Translations under genes and position numbers: made by a program
Notes under the pieces: generated by a model
Database searches by the model: none
Told to the model about the DNA's origin: nothing
Seen by the model: the letters and a program-made list of their open reading frames with translations, nothing else
Source: Nemertoderma westbladi
Taxonomy: Eukaryota > Animalia > Xenacoelomorpha
Assembly: GCA_032718475.1 (NCBI GenBank)
Contig: JAUCBJ010001004.1
Location: forward strand, 1 to 64,000
Length of the DNA: 64,000 nt
Reading direction: 5' to 3'
Shown here: positions 36,960 through 48,874 of the stretch, in pieces
Position numbering within the stretch: position 1 is the stretch's first letter
Layout of the letters: every line of letters starts with the position of its first letter

Positions 36960-38735
36960 ATGGAGAACATTCCATACCCTTTCGTTGATACTCAGCTGAT
37001 TGCTCCTTGGGCCGAAGGCCGAGGTTTCTTTCGCACTATGTATGCCAATACACCCAGCGGCATTACTAAAGTACAACGGACATCCATTGGACATCTTGCC
37101 TTTCAAGAATATGGTTGGAATTTCAAAGTTGGAAATCCTATAAATTACCAGCAAGTATATGGAGATCATTACTCTCGTTTATATTTTGATGGACCATTAA
37201 CTGCGCCTGGTGCCGTATATAGCTTTATGAGTGTTCCCCTTCGCCCTTCCTTAGCTATATACACGATCTTTGAAAATGCAGCACTTGCCGGTTGGCTAGC
37301 CGATGTGTGCAGTCGTACCATACGCGCTCATCCGTTAATACTTGGAACTAAACTCGCCAAGTTAGACGAACACAATAAGTTCATACGTTTCGAATGTTTC
37401 CGGCGCTTTCTGACTCCGTTCCGTAACGTCGATAGTCAGTTCAAGGATCGCGCGCTGACCAAGCTCAGTCTTAGAGACTCAGCTGCGGAGAAACTGAGTA
37501 GCGCTGGATTTGCCGTCTTTCAAGACGTTTGTATACAGAACCTACATTCATCCGTTATACAAAGAGCCCGAATATCTACAGGTTATTCTGTCGTGGAAAT
37601 ACAGACAGTGGGTCCACTTACGGAAACCGACGCACCCACTTCGTCTATGCAGCTGGAGGATGAACCAGTATGCTTGGAATCAGAAGCGATTCAACCTACG
37701 GCTTCTCGGAGCAGTGACAATGATTATGTCATAGAGTGGTATCAAGGTCCACAGCGTCTCACAGCGTACGATTATCGACACGCCAACTACGTTTCCCGAA
37801 AACGTTGTCGATTATGCGCATCGAGAGACCACTTCACTCCTCTAGACTCGAGCGTACCTTGTTCCTATTTCCTCGAACAACCGATGATGGAAATATATTG
37901 TGCTTATTGCCGGCTTAATAACTCTCATATATTTGCCGTCTGCCCACAATTTATGACTCAATGTCACTACTGCCAACTTAAAGGACACGAAAGTTACAAT
38001 TGTCCCTTTAATCGCGATTTAGAGAGCGTAGACGAGATGATCACCCTGCGATACATCCGAGCTTGGGAAGCGAACGCAGATTTACATTGCGAATCCAGAC
38101 ATCGCTATTACCCTGGACGAGCTTACGAGGGAGTTTACGCGTTCCATCCTTATCTATTCGCGTCGATTGAACAGAAAACACGCGTACCAAGTTACGAGTT
38201 AATAAAGCGTGTTGGTGAGTGTATTTCCACCAAGTTTGTCAGAAAATACCTTAGAAATGTCAACCCTAATGATATAACCACATATCACCTGATCAATTTT
38301 ATCCGTCAGGACCCTGAGTATGGCGACATTTTCGTGAACTCGCATCCTGAACTCCAGGAAGTATCTCGGCGCCCATATGAATATCGAACCCGAGAACGCG
38401 AGCTGGAGAGAACCATTAAACCGAGAAAGTTCCTCACCACTCACGGTCCACCCACCGCTAGTGTCCAGACGACCCGTCAAGGACCCGTAGGAGCTGCTGT
38501 CCTGAGACGCGCTCTAAAGGCCGTTAGATCTCACTCCACTGAGGTTGATATTAATCAACCAGGTACTTCGACTGGCGGGTATACCGATCGTAACCCTGCA
38601 CCTTCTGATGCAATTATATTGCACCCTTCGCCTAGGAGCTACAGCCCTCCTCGTAAAGTGGCTCGCCCCAAAGAGAAAAGGACTCTTGCTAGCCTTAAGA
38701 AACTGCGTAAACGCCGTCCGCGCAAGAAAGACTAA
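36960..38735 (+). CDS. Accessory ORF3 of B: 591 aa with Cys/His Zn-knuckle cluster and basic NLS-like tail; not an env
   Basis: CRLCASRDH, CAYCRLNNSHIFAVC, CHYCQLKGHESYNC (C-X2-C-X4-H-X4-C) and KKLRKRRPRKKD. No signal peptide or TM helix apparent. The C-terminal half is conserved in A with mostly synonymous changes. Confidence 0.8.
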   Translation: MENIPYPFVDTQLIAPWAEGRGFFRTMYANTPSGITKVQRTSIGHLAFQEYGWNFKVGNPINYQQVYGDHYSRLYFDGPLTAPGAVYSFMSVPLRPSLAIYTIFENAALAGWLADVCSRTIRAHPLILGTKLAKLDEHNKFIRFECFRRFLTPFRNVDSQFKDRALTKLSLRDSAAEKLSSAGFAVFQDVCIQNLHSSVIQRARISTGYSVVEIQTVGPLTETDAPTSSMQLEDEPVCLESEAIQPTASRSSDNDYVIEWYQGPQRLTAYDYRHANYVSRKRCRLCASRDHFTPLDSSVPCSYFLEQPMMEIYCAYCRLNNSHIFAVCPQFMTQCHYCQLKGHESYNCPFNRDLESVDEMITLRYIRAWEANADLHCESRHRYYPGRAYEGVYAFHPYLFASIEQKTRVPSYELIKRVGECISTKFVRKYLRNVNPNDITTYHLINFIRQDPEYGDIFVNSHPELQEVSRRPYEYRTRERELERTIKPRKFLTTHGPPTASVQTTRQGPVGAAVLRRALKAVRSHSTEVDINQPGTSTGGYTDRNPAPSDAIILHPSPRSYSPPRKVARPKEKRTLASLKKLRKRRPRKKD

Positions 38736-38813
38736 CTGTTTAGAGTATTTTTATATTTTAGAAACTGTGATTTTGTATATTTTATAGACTTAAATCCCAT
38801 TTTCTGGGAGCGG

Positions 38814-40019
38814 TGTAAAAGCTTTTGTGGGATAACTGATTCGTTTGCCTTGTTGGCCAGTTCCCCCCCAGTCGCTAGAATACTCTCAAAAGGGATCTAT
38901 AGCTAAAAATAGTGCAAGTTACCAGCTTATTGGCTGATTTGTTGTACGCAGGCATCTGGGCTCTGTTTAATCGGCCAACAAGCCTAGGGAGGTTGCGTCA
39001 TAGCCTTGTTTTTGTATCTCCCAATAGAATTTGAGTTAGCCTTGATTTTGACCTATCACAGAGCTACTGAACTGAAATTTTCCTATCTCACTGCTCTTTC
39101 TCTGTGTTGAACGGGAGCTTCGTGGAATAAGGGTAGTTGGTATCCTCGTATAGAGCAGTAGTCACGAGTTTTTCAAAGCCACGAAAGAACGGCTTTGTAG
39201 TGTTTTATGCTTTCTGCTTTTTAGCTCAACACTAGTAGGTTTAATTATAAGGACATATATCCTTTAACTGGCGACCGCATTTGACACACCGTACCACACG
39301 GCTTTTAATAACTGCTGAAACTGCTAAAATTTACCTGCTCAATCAATACTGTGTACTGCTATTTGTTGTCGGTTATTCATTATATTGGTTGATGAATTAT
39401 TATATTGGAATAACGAGAAATAACCCCGACACCCAATATTCTTGATATACCGAAGGTAAGAGAGAAAGGTTACCAATAACGATTGTGACTTATGTTAAAG
39501 TGGTTTGAAGTGAATCTAATGTTATTTGATAGACCCTACATGAGTCAGTCTGTGTTCCTTTTATATGTGACTAAAATCAGTGAAGATTGGCAGATTAGTG
39601 TGCAGTATTGTGCAGCATTGTGTATGAGTGAGTCTGTTAAAGAAGCATTTCCTAAAGAATGCGCCATATATGTGAATTATAATTAAGCCATATCGTTGTG
39701 AGTAGTTTAAGTCATAACTCTGTTTATATAGATAAAGCGCCACGTCCTAAAGGAACTGTTAATATTCCCCGAAGGTGAATAATATTGTCAGAGATTATAT
39801 AATACTGTCAGTCGAATAATACATTAGGCTTACATAGCAATAAAATTAAACCGTCGAACCCAATCTCCCGGGAATATCCAGCGGGTGAATGATCGCGCAC
39901 AGATTGGTTTCGACTAGTGTAGTGAATCAAATACTTGTCATAGGCTAAAAAGCGATTTAATATCTAGAAGACATCTTAATTTGGCGGGTTAAACTGCCAA
40001 AGGTCTGAAAGCGCGAACA
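38814..40019 (+). repeat. 3' LTR of element B
   Basis: Copy of 23193-24398, preceded by the purine tract GGGAGCGG (38806-38813). Confidence 0.97.
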
Positions 40020-43000
40020 ATATGATTCCAAAAGCCTGGATGGTCATCCAGTACTCTACCGGTTTCTGATTGAGGTCTCCTTCCGGCCACCACAGAAATC
40101 TCAGGCTGTCTCTATCTCTATCCAGCGCCTTGACTTGTAAGAACATTCCTTCTATATCGGAGGCGAACGCGATGGAATATTGTCTTAATCTTAAAAGTAT
40201 TCCCAACAAAGATTGGAGTAAGTTGGGTCCTGGTAACAACTCGGAATTGAGGGATTGGCCCATATATAGGGCGGAGCCATCGAATACGACTCGTACTTCG
40301 TGGGGTTTACCGGGTTTGGGAACGTAATGATGTGTTAAGTAATACGTTCTCTCAGTCACTGGTGTTCCTTCCGGTACTCGCTCCGCGTATCCCTTTGTTA
40401 TAAATTTCTTCAGCTGAGTTTGGTACATTTCTTTAGCTGAAGCATTAGCCGTAAGTCGTCGATGTAATTGAGCGATTCTTTTCTCTGCCAAGGGTCTGTT
40501 ATTTATAAATCTAGGTTCTCGTTTTCGAAATGGTAGGCCAATTTCATATCTACCTTGGTCCTTTAAAAAACGTGTAGTTGTTTCCTGGATTTGCTTGGCT
40601 CTTTCTTCTTCTATCGATAGGGCCTTATCATATGAATTGGGCTCTACCAGTTCTTGAGTAAAGAATCGTACGGCTAGTTCGTCCCGAGTTCTAGCGTTGT
40701 AGCGCTCTATCTCATCGTTTAGTTCGTCATTGTAAGCGATGGGTTCCGATGGGCGAATCAGTTGACATAGGTTCACCTGATTTTTCCAAGTTTGGTTTTC
40801 TGTAAGTAGGTCGATTGTGTTCTCTTCATCGAAGAGTTGGTAGATGTCGTCATTATCTGAAGAGTATGGTGTTTCCTCAGTTAGTTCGTCCACCTCACTG
40901 CTCTCCTCGCTCCAATCGTTTACTTGGTATATTCGTTCTTGTGGCATTCTCTCTTCGAGAGTCCTGCGGGAAGGGCCAGTAAAGTACCAACCTACTCTAG
41001 TTCTTACCGCATAGGTTTGCAGTGGCTGTGGTTGAGCAGGCCGTTTCTCCAATGTTTCGAGCGCCTCATGCGCGTTTTGGCCGATGAGTATTTGCACTCC
41101 AGGATAATCTGTCTGGAATCGAGGTATCTTAAGATGTTGGATACTCTCATCTTCGTCCCAATTATAAAGGTCTGCCTGAGTAGTGGCGAAGTTCTTTATA
41201 GCCACCATTTTTACCGACCTTATACCTTGTGCTCCTAATTTATCCTGGGGGGTGGACAACACACCTACATAGTAATCTGCCGTTAGGGTAGATTTCCAAA
41301 CCTGCATAATTCCTGACATATTCAATTTAGTCCGGAATTTGGGTTGTCCAGCAAAGATATCTTCGGCTAGTTCTTGATCGATGAATGTTCCTGTGTTGCC
41401 GGAGTCAAGGAGGGCGTTCACTATGTAACTTTTGTTAGGACCGTGAACTCTTACCTGCACTACAGGAAATTCTCTGATTCCTACGTTGGAAGTTGGAGCT
41501 TTCCAAGATGGTTGTTTGGCAAAAGTAGTTGGGGGAAACTCATTGTTGGTGTCCTTTTCATAAGTAAGTGCTCGATACACTGAGGTATTGATTAGATAAC
41601 AGGATTCGTTGGCGTCGGAGAATTCGTCAGTATAGAATCCTTCCATCTCAGACTCCTGATCAGTGTCATTTACATCACTGAATTGGACATGTAGTTCGGG
41701 CTCACTTACCTGACTCTGTTTGTCTCGTTCGAACTCACTGTGTAACAAGATGTGATGTTTCGCGCCACACTTTGCACACTTTACGTCGGAGTAACAGGTT
41801 CGCCGTTGGTGTCCTGGTCTGAGGCAATTATAACATAACCGCTTGTCCCACACGACTGCACGTCTGTCTACAAGGGATTTCTTTAGAAATTCAGCACACG
41901 CACTCAAACGGTGGGTCCCGTCGCACAACGCACAGTTAGGTTTTATGTTACTCACTTTACCTTGGGTAACTTGATGCACTCTCGTTTTTTCTTCGGGTTT
42001 TCTTCGGTGCATTCTGTTAGGAGACTGAGGGGGGGTCTTGGCAACCTGTTCTCTCCTATTGTTGTTTCGAGCCTTGTATTTACTTACGTCCTTTGAGGTT
42101 TTGTCAACATAGTAAGATCGATCGGTGTCTTTCCCGCTGTCCTCTTCTTGAGAAGCTTGGCTTTCGCCGTCGTCAGTGTAACACACCGGTGTTACTCTTC
42201 TCCTAGAAGCGGGTTTCTCACTTACCTTATTTTCCGATGTTTTCTCTCTGGACTGCTTGATGAGTTGTAGTTTTACCTCACCATCTAAGAAGGACATGAG
42301 ATCAGCCATGGTAGGGCTTCGTCGTTGTTATTCATTCATGTACAACACTTTCTTGTCCCAGCGTATACATACTCCACCCTTGGGTAAAGTAGAGACTACG
42401 GCTCCAATAACCATGGAACTCTGATATTCATGAGACTTACCTAACCAGTCCAATTGTCTACAGATCTCATGAATCTCATCGGAAAACTCTATAATCCCGC
42501 TACTAAGGAAGTTTCGGGGGGCTACTAATTTTGCATACAAATACTTAGCTATGTTATCCTTGTTACCATACCTGATGTTTAATGTATCCCAAACTTGTCT
42601 TAATCCTTCTGGATGTCCAATAAACTTTAACGCCATTAACTTGGGAGGTCCTTCCAAGCACTTGATGAGGAACCTAAGTTTCTCTCCATTAGATAGCACA
42701 GAGTTCTGTATGCTGTCTTTGTAATATTCGTTGAAAGGTAACCATTTCATCTCATCTCCATTGAATTTGACGATCTCTCCCACTTTGACCGCTTGGCGGG
42801 CTTCTGTTCTAGCCATCTGACGCGTAAAGCTTTCTTGGGCCATCGTGTTATTTAATATCGAATTATCGGTATATAAATTTCTCGGATCATTGTCAGGTCT
42901 ATAGGGGATATCATTAATAACAGGTCTATAATCACCCTTAATAGGGTTTGCTATAGGAGTTTCTACTTCACTAGCAGTATAGATGCGTGTAGGCTCCACA

Positions 43001-45111
43001 CCTTGCGCATGTAATACTTCAGACCTAACAGGTTGACACAATGTTACAGGGGGTATTGGTATGCCTTTTTGTATATTGACTAATTTGTCGCGTTCCAGTG
43101 CGATACTTTGCTGCACTTCTTGCAATTCTGCCCTACCTTCCCTTACTGTTCCCTTAAGCTGGTGGACAGTCTCCTGCATCTGTCCGAGCAGGAGATTCAT
43201 CCCCCGCCGTCCCTCCTCTACCCACTCGACCGCCGAAGCGGGAGTCGCCAACATTGTAGCGGGCTGACGCGGGACGACGGGAGACAAATCTTTGATTTCT
43301 CTCTCAGCTTCCAGGACAGGGATATTCTCATGGACTGTTCTACCGGGTACAGGCAGTGTAGTACTGTGTAAAGGGAATTTGGAGTTAAGCTCTGGAAGTA
43401 CAGGGGTCTCTAGCACAGAAGTGACTTTGGGAACGACAGGCCTAATTATTTCAGGCTCATCAACTATTGTAGGGAGTCTTTTGACCTGAATAATTTGTTC
43501 TGTGGGTTCTGTACTACCTAAGTCTGTGCTAGTTAGTTGTCTTCTAACCGCCGGGGGCAAATCAGGCAATTTGTGACGGTGAGATGTTTTTCTACGCCTG
43601 CTTGGACGAGATCTATTTCCTCCGCCTTCAGGATCAGTGGTCTCGCCTTCCTCCGATGATGTGTATCCTTGGCGCTTGGGAGTAGATCGACTCCTCATCT
43701 GCATTTGACTAGCAGTTAACTGTTTATTTATGCAGTCTTGCGTCTCTTGAAGATTTTCCAACTCCAGTTGTGTGGTCTCTTCAGACGCTCTCTGTTCTGC
43801 GTCTGCCAATGCCATTGCTGCTGCTGCTTTGGCTGCTTCCACTGTCGCTGCAGCTTTTGCTTCTGCCTCTTCCACTGCCGCTGCTGCCTTTGCCTCTTCC
43901 ACTGACGCTGCCGCTTTCGCCGCTGCTACTGCCTTTTTGTCCTTTATCCGTTTTTTCTTTACTCGTTCTTCTTGGACTCTAGTGAGGCGGAGTTTTTCAT
44001 CAAATTCAGCTTGGTTAGCAGCTAACATTTCAGCATCGATTGAGTCTAACACACGCTGGGTTCCTTCACTATTAGGGGTAAGTCCAGATAACCGTCTCCT
44101 CAACTCCTTGTCTCCTAGGAATCGCTGATAGTCGGACAGATAAATGTCTATGGCGTCTCTCGTTCGTGGTCTCTCTGCAGTCTCTTCGCCTTCCACTTGA
44201 GAAAGGGTGGCATCGGTTGGTTCTTCATAGGTTAGTCTCTCAGACAGCTGGGATTTCCACTGGTCCGTTTCTTGTACTTTGAGACCTACCCGCTGGAACC
44301 AAGTTTTGACAGCAACTTGCAGCGACGTGTCCTGTCTTCTTTTGGAAGTTTCCTCAAAGGCTGATAGGATTAATCTAATGCGTAGGGTTCTTTCGCGTAC
44401 TTGATATAGCAGCTCTTCCTGCTCTTGAGGTCCTTGGGGTTGTCAAAACAGTTGTTCTTCTAATCGCTCCAAGGAGCCGAAGAATCCCTGCACATATCCT
44501 GCTGCCGACCTCTTCCAAACAGCTGGATCCATTGTATCTTTAGTCACTCCCATCCTGTGTATATCTTCCCAAGTAGCTTCGGACAAATCTAACGGGAGTC
44601 CGGGTCCGGGAAAGTTCCATTGTGACTCGACAATCGACATCAATTCTTCCCTGGCGTATCCCGCATAATTATCTTGGGTCGCTCGCTTACTTCTCGTCCA
44701 ATCGGCTTGATGTTCCTCCACCGCAATCAATATAGTAGTTAGCACTGCGGCAGGAAGGGTGAGAAGGGGGTCCGAGTAGGTTGTAGCCGCCATCTGCAAT
44801 CCGCGTTCGGGGGTCAGCTCGACAGTATCCGAACTACTGGAGCTATCGGATCGCTGGGAACAAGTTTCTTGACTAGGCTGTTGCTGCTGTGGGACAGCTG
44901 CTTCCTGGTTCCGTTTGACTTGGGCCCGAGTGCCGATGATAGACCTACGGTGTTGGATTAGCTTAGGGTCTGATACTACTACTGGAGGGATGACCTTTCT
45001 TTCAGTAGGAGGTGAGCTGAACTCCTTTCTTAATCGCTCCACACTCCTATCTGTGTCACAGATGGTTGTATCGATTAGACTGTCTGACAGGTTTTGCTGA
45101 GTGTCAGACAT
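40020..45111 (-). pseudogene. gag-pol: 5' part of element A gag-pol (gag, protease, RT N-term) with two nonsense codons
   Basis: ORFs 44443-45111, 42328-44196 and 39976-42309 share one frame, broken by TGA (44443) and TAA (42328). Colinear with B's polyprotein. Confidence 0.93.
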
Positions 45112-47333
45112 GTTTAGCTATACGGTTGAATGCCTACTGCTATAGTTACAGTTAAAGCAAGTCTAGTAATTCAGTATGACCGTTGGCCTAGTACCGGTAA
45201 TTTAGTACAGTATATTAGAATACCGGTATACACTTATAGTATATATAAGTATTGTAAACTAGGTTTATCACAGAGTACCGGTATATAAATTTAGCACAAA
45301 TATATAAATATATAATAGGCCTATCGTGAATACCGGTATACCACTTACACTTATAGTATATATAAGTATAATTATGAACTAGAATTAATTACAGAATACC
45401 GGTATGATTTCAGCTCAAATTTATAGGAATAAATATAATAAGCCTATGGTAAATACCGGTATGTCAATTATTTTAGAATAATTGAATTTCTGAATATTTT
45501 AGGGTTACCCGGTTACTTTAACTTACTTTATTACCGTTATTTAAGCAGTAGACCAACTGATATTGAGACCTAGTTGTTGTATGGCAGGCCTACTATTTAT
45601 AAATCGTTTGAGTTGATTTATAATATATATATACCCGTTTAAAATGGGTTTTGTCAATATTTGAAATAAATGTTATTATTTCTGAGGGAGTCACTACACA
45701 GAAGCTGTGCGCTCTCAGTGAAGTGACACTTATTTGACGCTAAAACAGATAATTCTAATTTACCTAAGTTACTTAATACTACAAATTACTTACGATACGG
45801 GTGAGATTAAATCTCTAATTAAACACAACAAAAATATTACGTACGAAATTTTAGGGTAATTTTTACAGGAAGTCTACAAACCAGCCTAACAAAGGGTTAG
45901 AATTCTGGTTATTACAACGGACAGGGTACTACGGTATTTAAAAATAATAAGTAGTAGTAAATATATTGCGCTGTCCAGATAGGAAAATACCACCGCCTGA
46001 CGACCTATAGCCGTATCGCTATAGGTACTACGTTATGTATCACGGAGTGTTCCTACCTGGAAGTTAATTACCGTGGACTACCAGATCCAACGTGCCTATT
46101 AACCACTTTACAACACAAATATACTGCCTACACACTAATTACTTCGGAAAGCACTGTACACTAAACCCTAAATTAGGTACAAGTACTGGTACAACAAATA
46201 ATCAGTAGTTAAATATACTTGAACAGTTAAAAGAACCATGGCATCTGCTGGAGTGACCGAAGCACAAAGTCACCAGTCTTTTCCTACGCCAAGCAGTCCG
46301 TGTAGTACCGGGGTTAATTTAACTATAACGGTATGTGTAACAAGCACAATTACTGTAGGAATAAACTTGGGGACATGAATGTTGCGAATAATCGCATAAA
46401 CTCTGAATAATAAATATTACGCTACCCGTACAGAATACTCAAACAAATACAAACCAAACGCTGGCAGACTACCACCAAGCCTAAATAAACTACAGTATGT
46501 GCAGATTCCAAAATGGTTAGTTAGTATGCGTTCTAACACGGTAGTACGACTTATTCTTTAAGAGGGGATTGACCTTACAGCTATGGCTGCCCCAACTTAC
46601 TAACTGGCACTTTATCAGACAAACTCTACACACGCAGCAATCTCTTCAGACCTAATAATAGCCAGACAACAATCCAGCCTACAAAATATCTGAGTAATAA
46701 CTATTACGGTACCTGAACAGACCACACAAACAAACACAGGCCAAAACGTTGGCAGAATACTGTCAAGCCTAAATAAACTACAGTATGTGCAGATTCCAAA
46801 ATGGTTAGTTAGTATGCGTTCTAACACGGTAGTACGACTTATTCTTTAAGAGGGGATTGACCTTACAGCTATGGCTGCCCCAACTTACTAACTGGCACTC
46901 TATCGGACAAACTCTACACACGCCGTAATCTCTCCAAACCCAACAACAATCTAACAACAGTCCGGCCTACAATTATCTGAACAATCTGAGCAGACTTACA
47001 CGTCTTCAGCTCAATATTAACTTACATGTAAATAAAACCGACAGAAATAAGTAAAATCTCAATAAAAAACCAGGGCTGCAGTCCCTGATTAAATACTAAG
47101 ACCTACCGGTATGCAATAATCAAAATCGAATAATACTAATGTACTTATACTGGAAGTACCGGTTAGGACAGTTGGGCCTACGGACCTACAGAAGTACCGG
47201 TTCTGGCAGTTGGACCTACGGACCTACAGCAGTACCGGTTCTGGCAGTTGGGCCTACTGACCTACAGAAGTACCGGTTTAGGTTTACCGGTCGACCGGTA
47301 CTTTCAACTTTATTGCTTACTGCAATAAAGTCA

Positions 47334-47344
47334 ATAACTGTTAT
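47334..47344 (-). promoter_or_regulatory. Non-tRNA primer-binding site of A, complementary to LTR positions 48094-48104
   Basis: In element sense ATAACAGTTAT abuts the LTR end and pairs exactly with ATAACTGTTAT inside the LTR. Confidence 0.7.
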
Positions 47345-48604
47345 TGTACGCGCTTTTGAAGACCTTTAGCAGTTTAACCTGCCAAAATTTATATGTCTTT
47401 TGGTTTATAAATAGACTTTAGAAGTTGACAAATATTTAATACCAATAAACACAACATTAGCAGAAGCCAGCCTAGTGCGTGTCCATTCACCCGCTGGATA
47501 TACCCGGGAGACTGGATTCTGAGGGCTTAGATTATTATTGCAGTGTAAGCTTACTGTATTATTCGATTGATCGTTAATAAATAATTTCTGACTAATATTA
47601 TTCACTTTCGGGAAATATTAACAGTTCCTTTAGGACGTGGCGCTCTATCTAGGTAAACAGAGATATGACTTATACTAATCACAACGGTAAGTCGGTGAGG
47701 CTTATGATTCACGTATGAGGCGCATTCTTTAGGAAATGCTTAGTTATCAGTCACAATCAGGCACACTACCGGTAACACACAATACTGCTCAATAATTTGC
47801 CGACCGTCAATGAATTTTATCATATATAAAGAGAACAGCAACGGACTCATGTAGTGCTTATCAAATAGCATTAAATTCACTACAAACCACAATAATATAA
47901 GTCGCAATCGCTATATATAACCCGTCTCTCTAACCTGTAGTGTATCAAGAAAATTGGGAAATTTGGGTTCTTTATAAATGTTCTCCAAATAATATTCAAC
48001 CAAAACACAACAGTAAAAAGCATTAAGATGGTAGGTTAAGATATGATATGACAATGTATGTGCCGATTGAGTCGAGTTGATTGAGTTGAGTTGATAACAG
48101 TTATACGCTCTATAATTTAAGCCTACTAATGTTTCTTCTAAAGTATGAAAACGAATTGACTCTAGAGCCGGTGTTCCTGGCCTAGATAGAAACAACACAA
48201 CAGTATCAAGAAAAAACAGTAAGACTGAACACTCCTAGTATGATCGGCCGAATATCTCCACATCGACAGAAAAAATCGCTCTGATTGGCTTAAGCTAAAC
48301 AAAGAACCATGTGTCCAATGGCCGTTTCCATGTCAGCAACCAGCTGTTAGATGTCGTAATCTGAATCATCAAGGCTAAGCTGTGTAAAGGTATTTGGTGC
48401 ATTGCGGGTTTTTTGCCTTACCATGTCCGCCAAAGCACGTATATAGAAGAATGACTTTTATGTCCGTTAAAACACCTATAACGGTACCTTGCGGGCGAGG
48501 GGAATATATATATAGTTAGAGAGCCTTTTAGAGTATTCCAGCGCCTGGGGGGAAACTGGATTGCGAAGCAAAAGGGCCAGTTATATCCCACAGAAGCTTT
48601 TACA
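47345..48604 (-). repeat. 5' LTR of element A
   Basis: Copy of 15867-17126. Confidence 0.96.
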
Positions 48605-48874
48605 AATATAAGTACATAAATTAACAGATTTTAAAATCAAATTAATACTAGTTTTATCAAATATATGCTTTTTTACTTTTTGGAAATTATACTTACTGCC
48701 TAATAATGTAATACGACCATTTTTAAATATTAATAATGTGGCACCAAATATCTTATATATAAACTGATTTGGTTTGAGTATGTGTTTACCAGGTAATTGA
48801 TTTTTTAATTCTTTAAAATTAATCGCTGACACTTGCTGGCAACTTACATTCTTATTAACTATCTGATAGTTCAT
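48605..48874 (-). pseudogene. 5' half of viral TBP-like gene
   Basis: NYQIVNKNVS...INFKEL...KPNQFIYKIFGATLLIFKNGRITLLGSK resembles TBP repeat 1 (I.N.V.....L.L..I...ALIFSSGKMVCTGAK). The ATG overlaps the 3' end of polB. Confidence 0.75.

Larger units (their letters stand above)
23193..40019 (+). mobile_element. BEL/Pao LTR retrotransposon B (full-length, younger), inserted into the RT domain of A
   Basis: Paired 1206-bp LTRs TGTAAAAG...GCGCGAACA with TSD ATATG (23188-23192 and 40020-40024). A's QAFGII|SSPSNAC sequence rejoins across the TSD. Confidence 0.97.
15867..48604 (-). mobile_element. BEL/Pao LTR retrotransposon A (full-length, defective; contains element B)
   Basis: Paired 1260-bp LTRs with TG...CA ends and 5-bp TSD AATAT (15862-15866 and 48605-48609). 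Gag-PR-RT-RH-IN order with Pao-type motifs. Confidence 0.96.

Noticed and set aside
36960-38735. Envelope gene in the env position
   Set aside because: No signal peptide, fusion peptide or transmembrane anchor; it has Zn knuckles and an NLS-like tail instead
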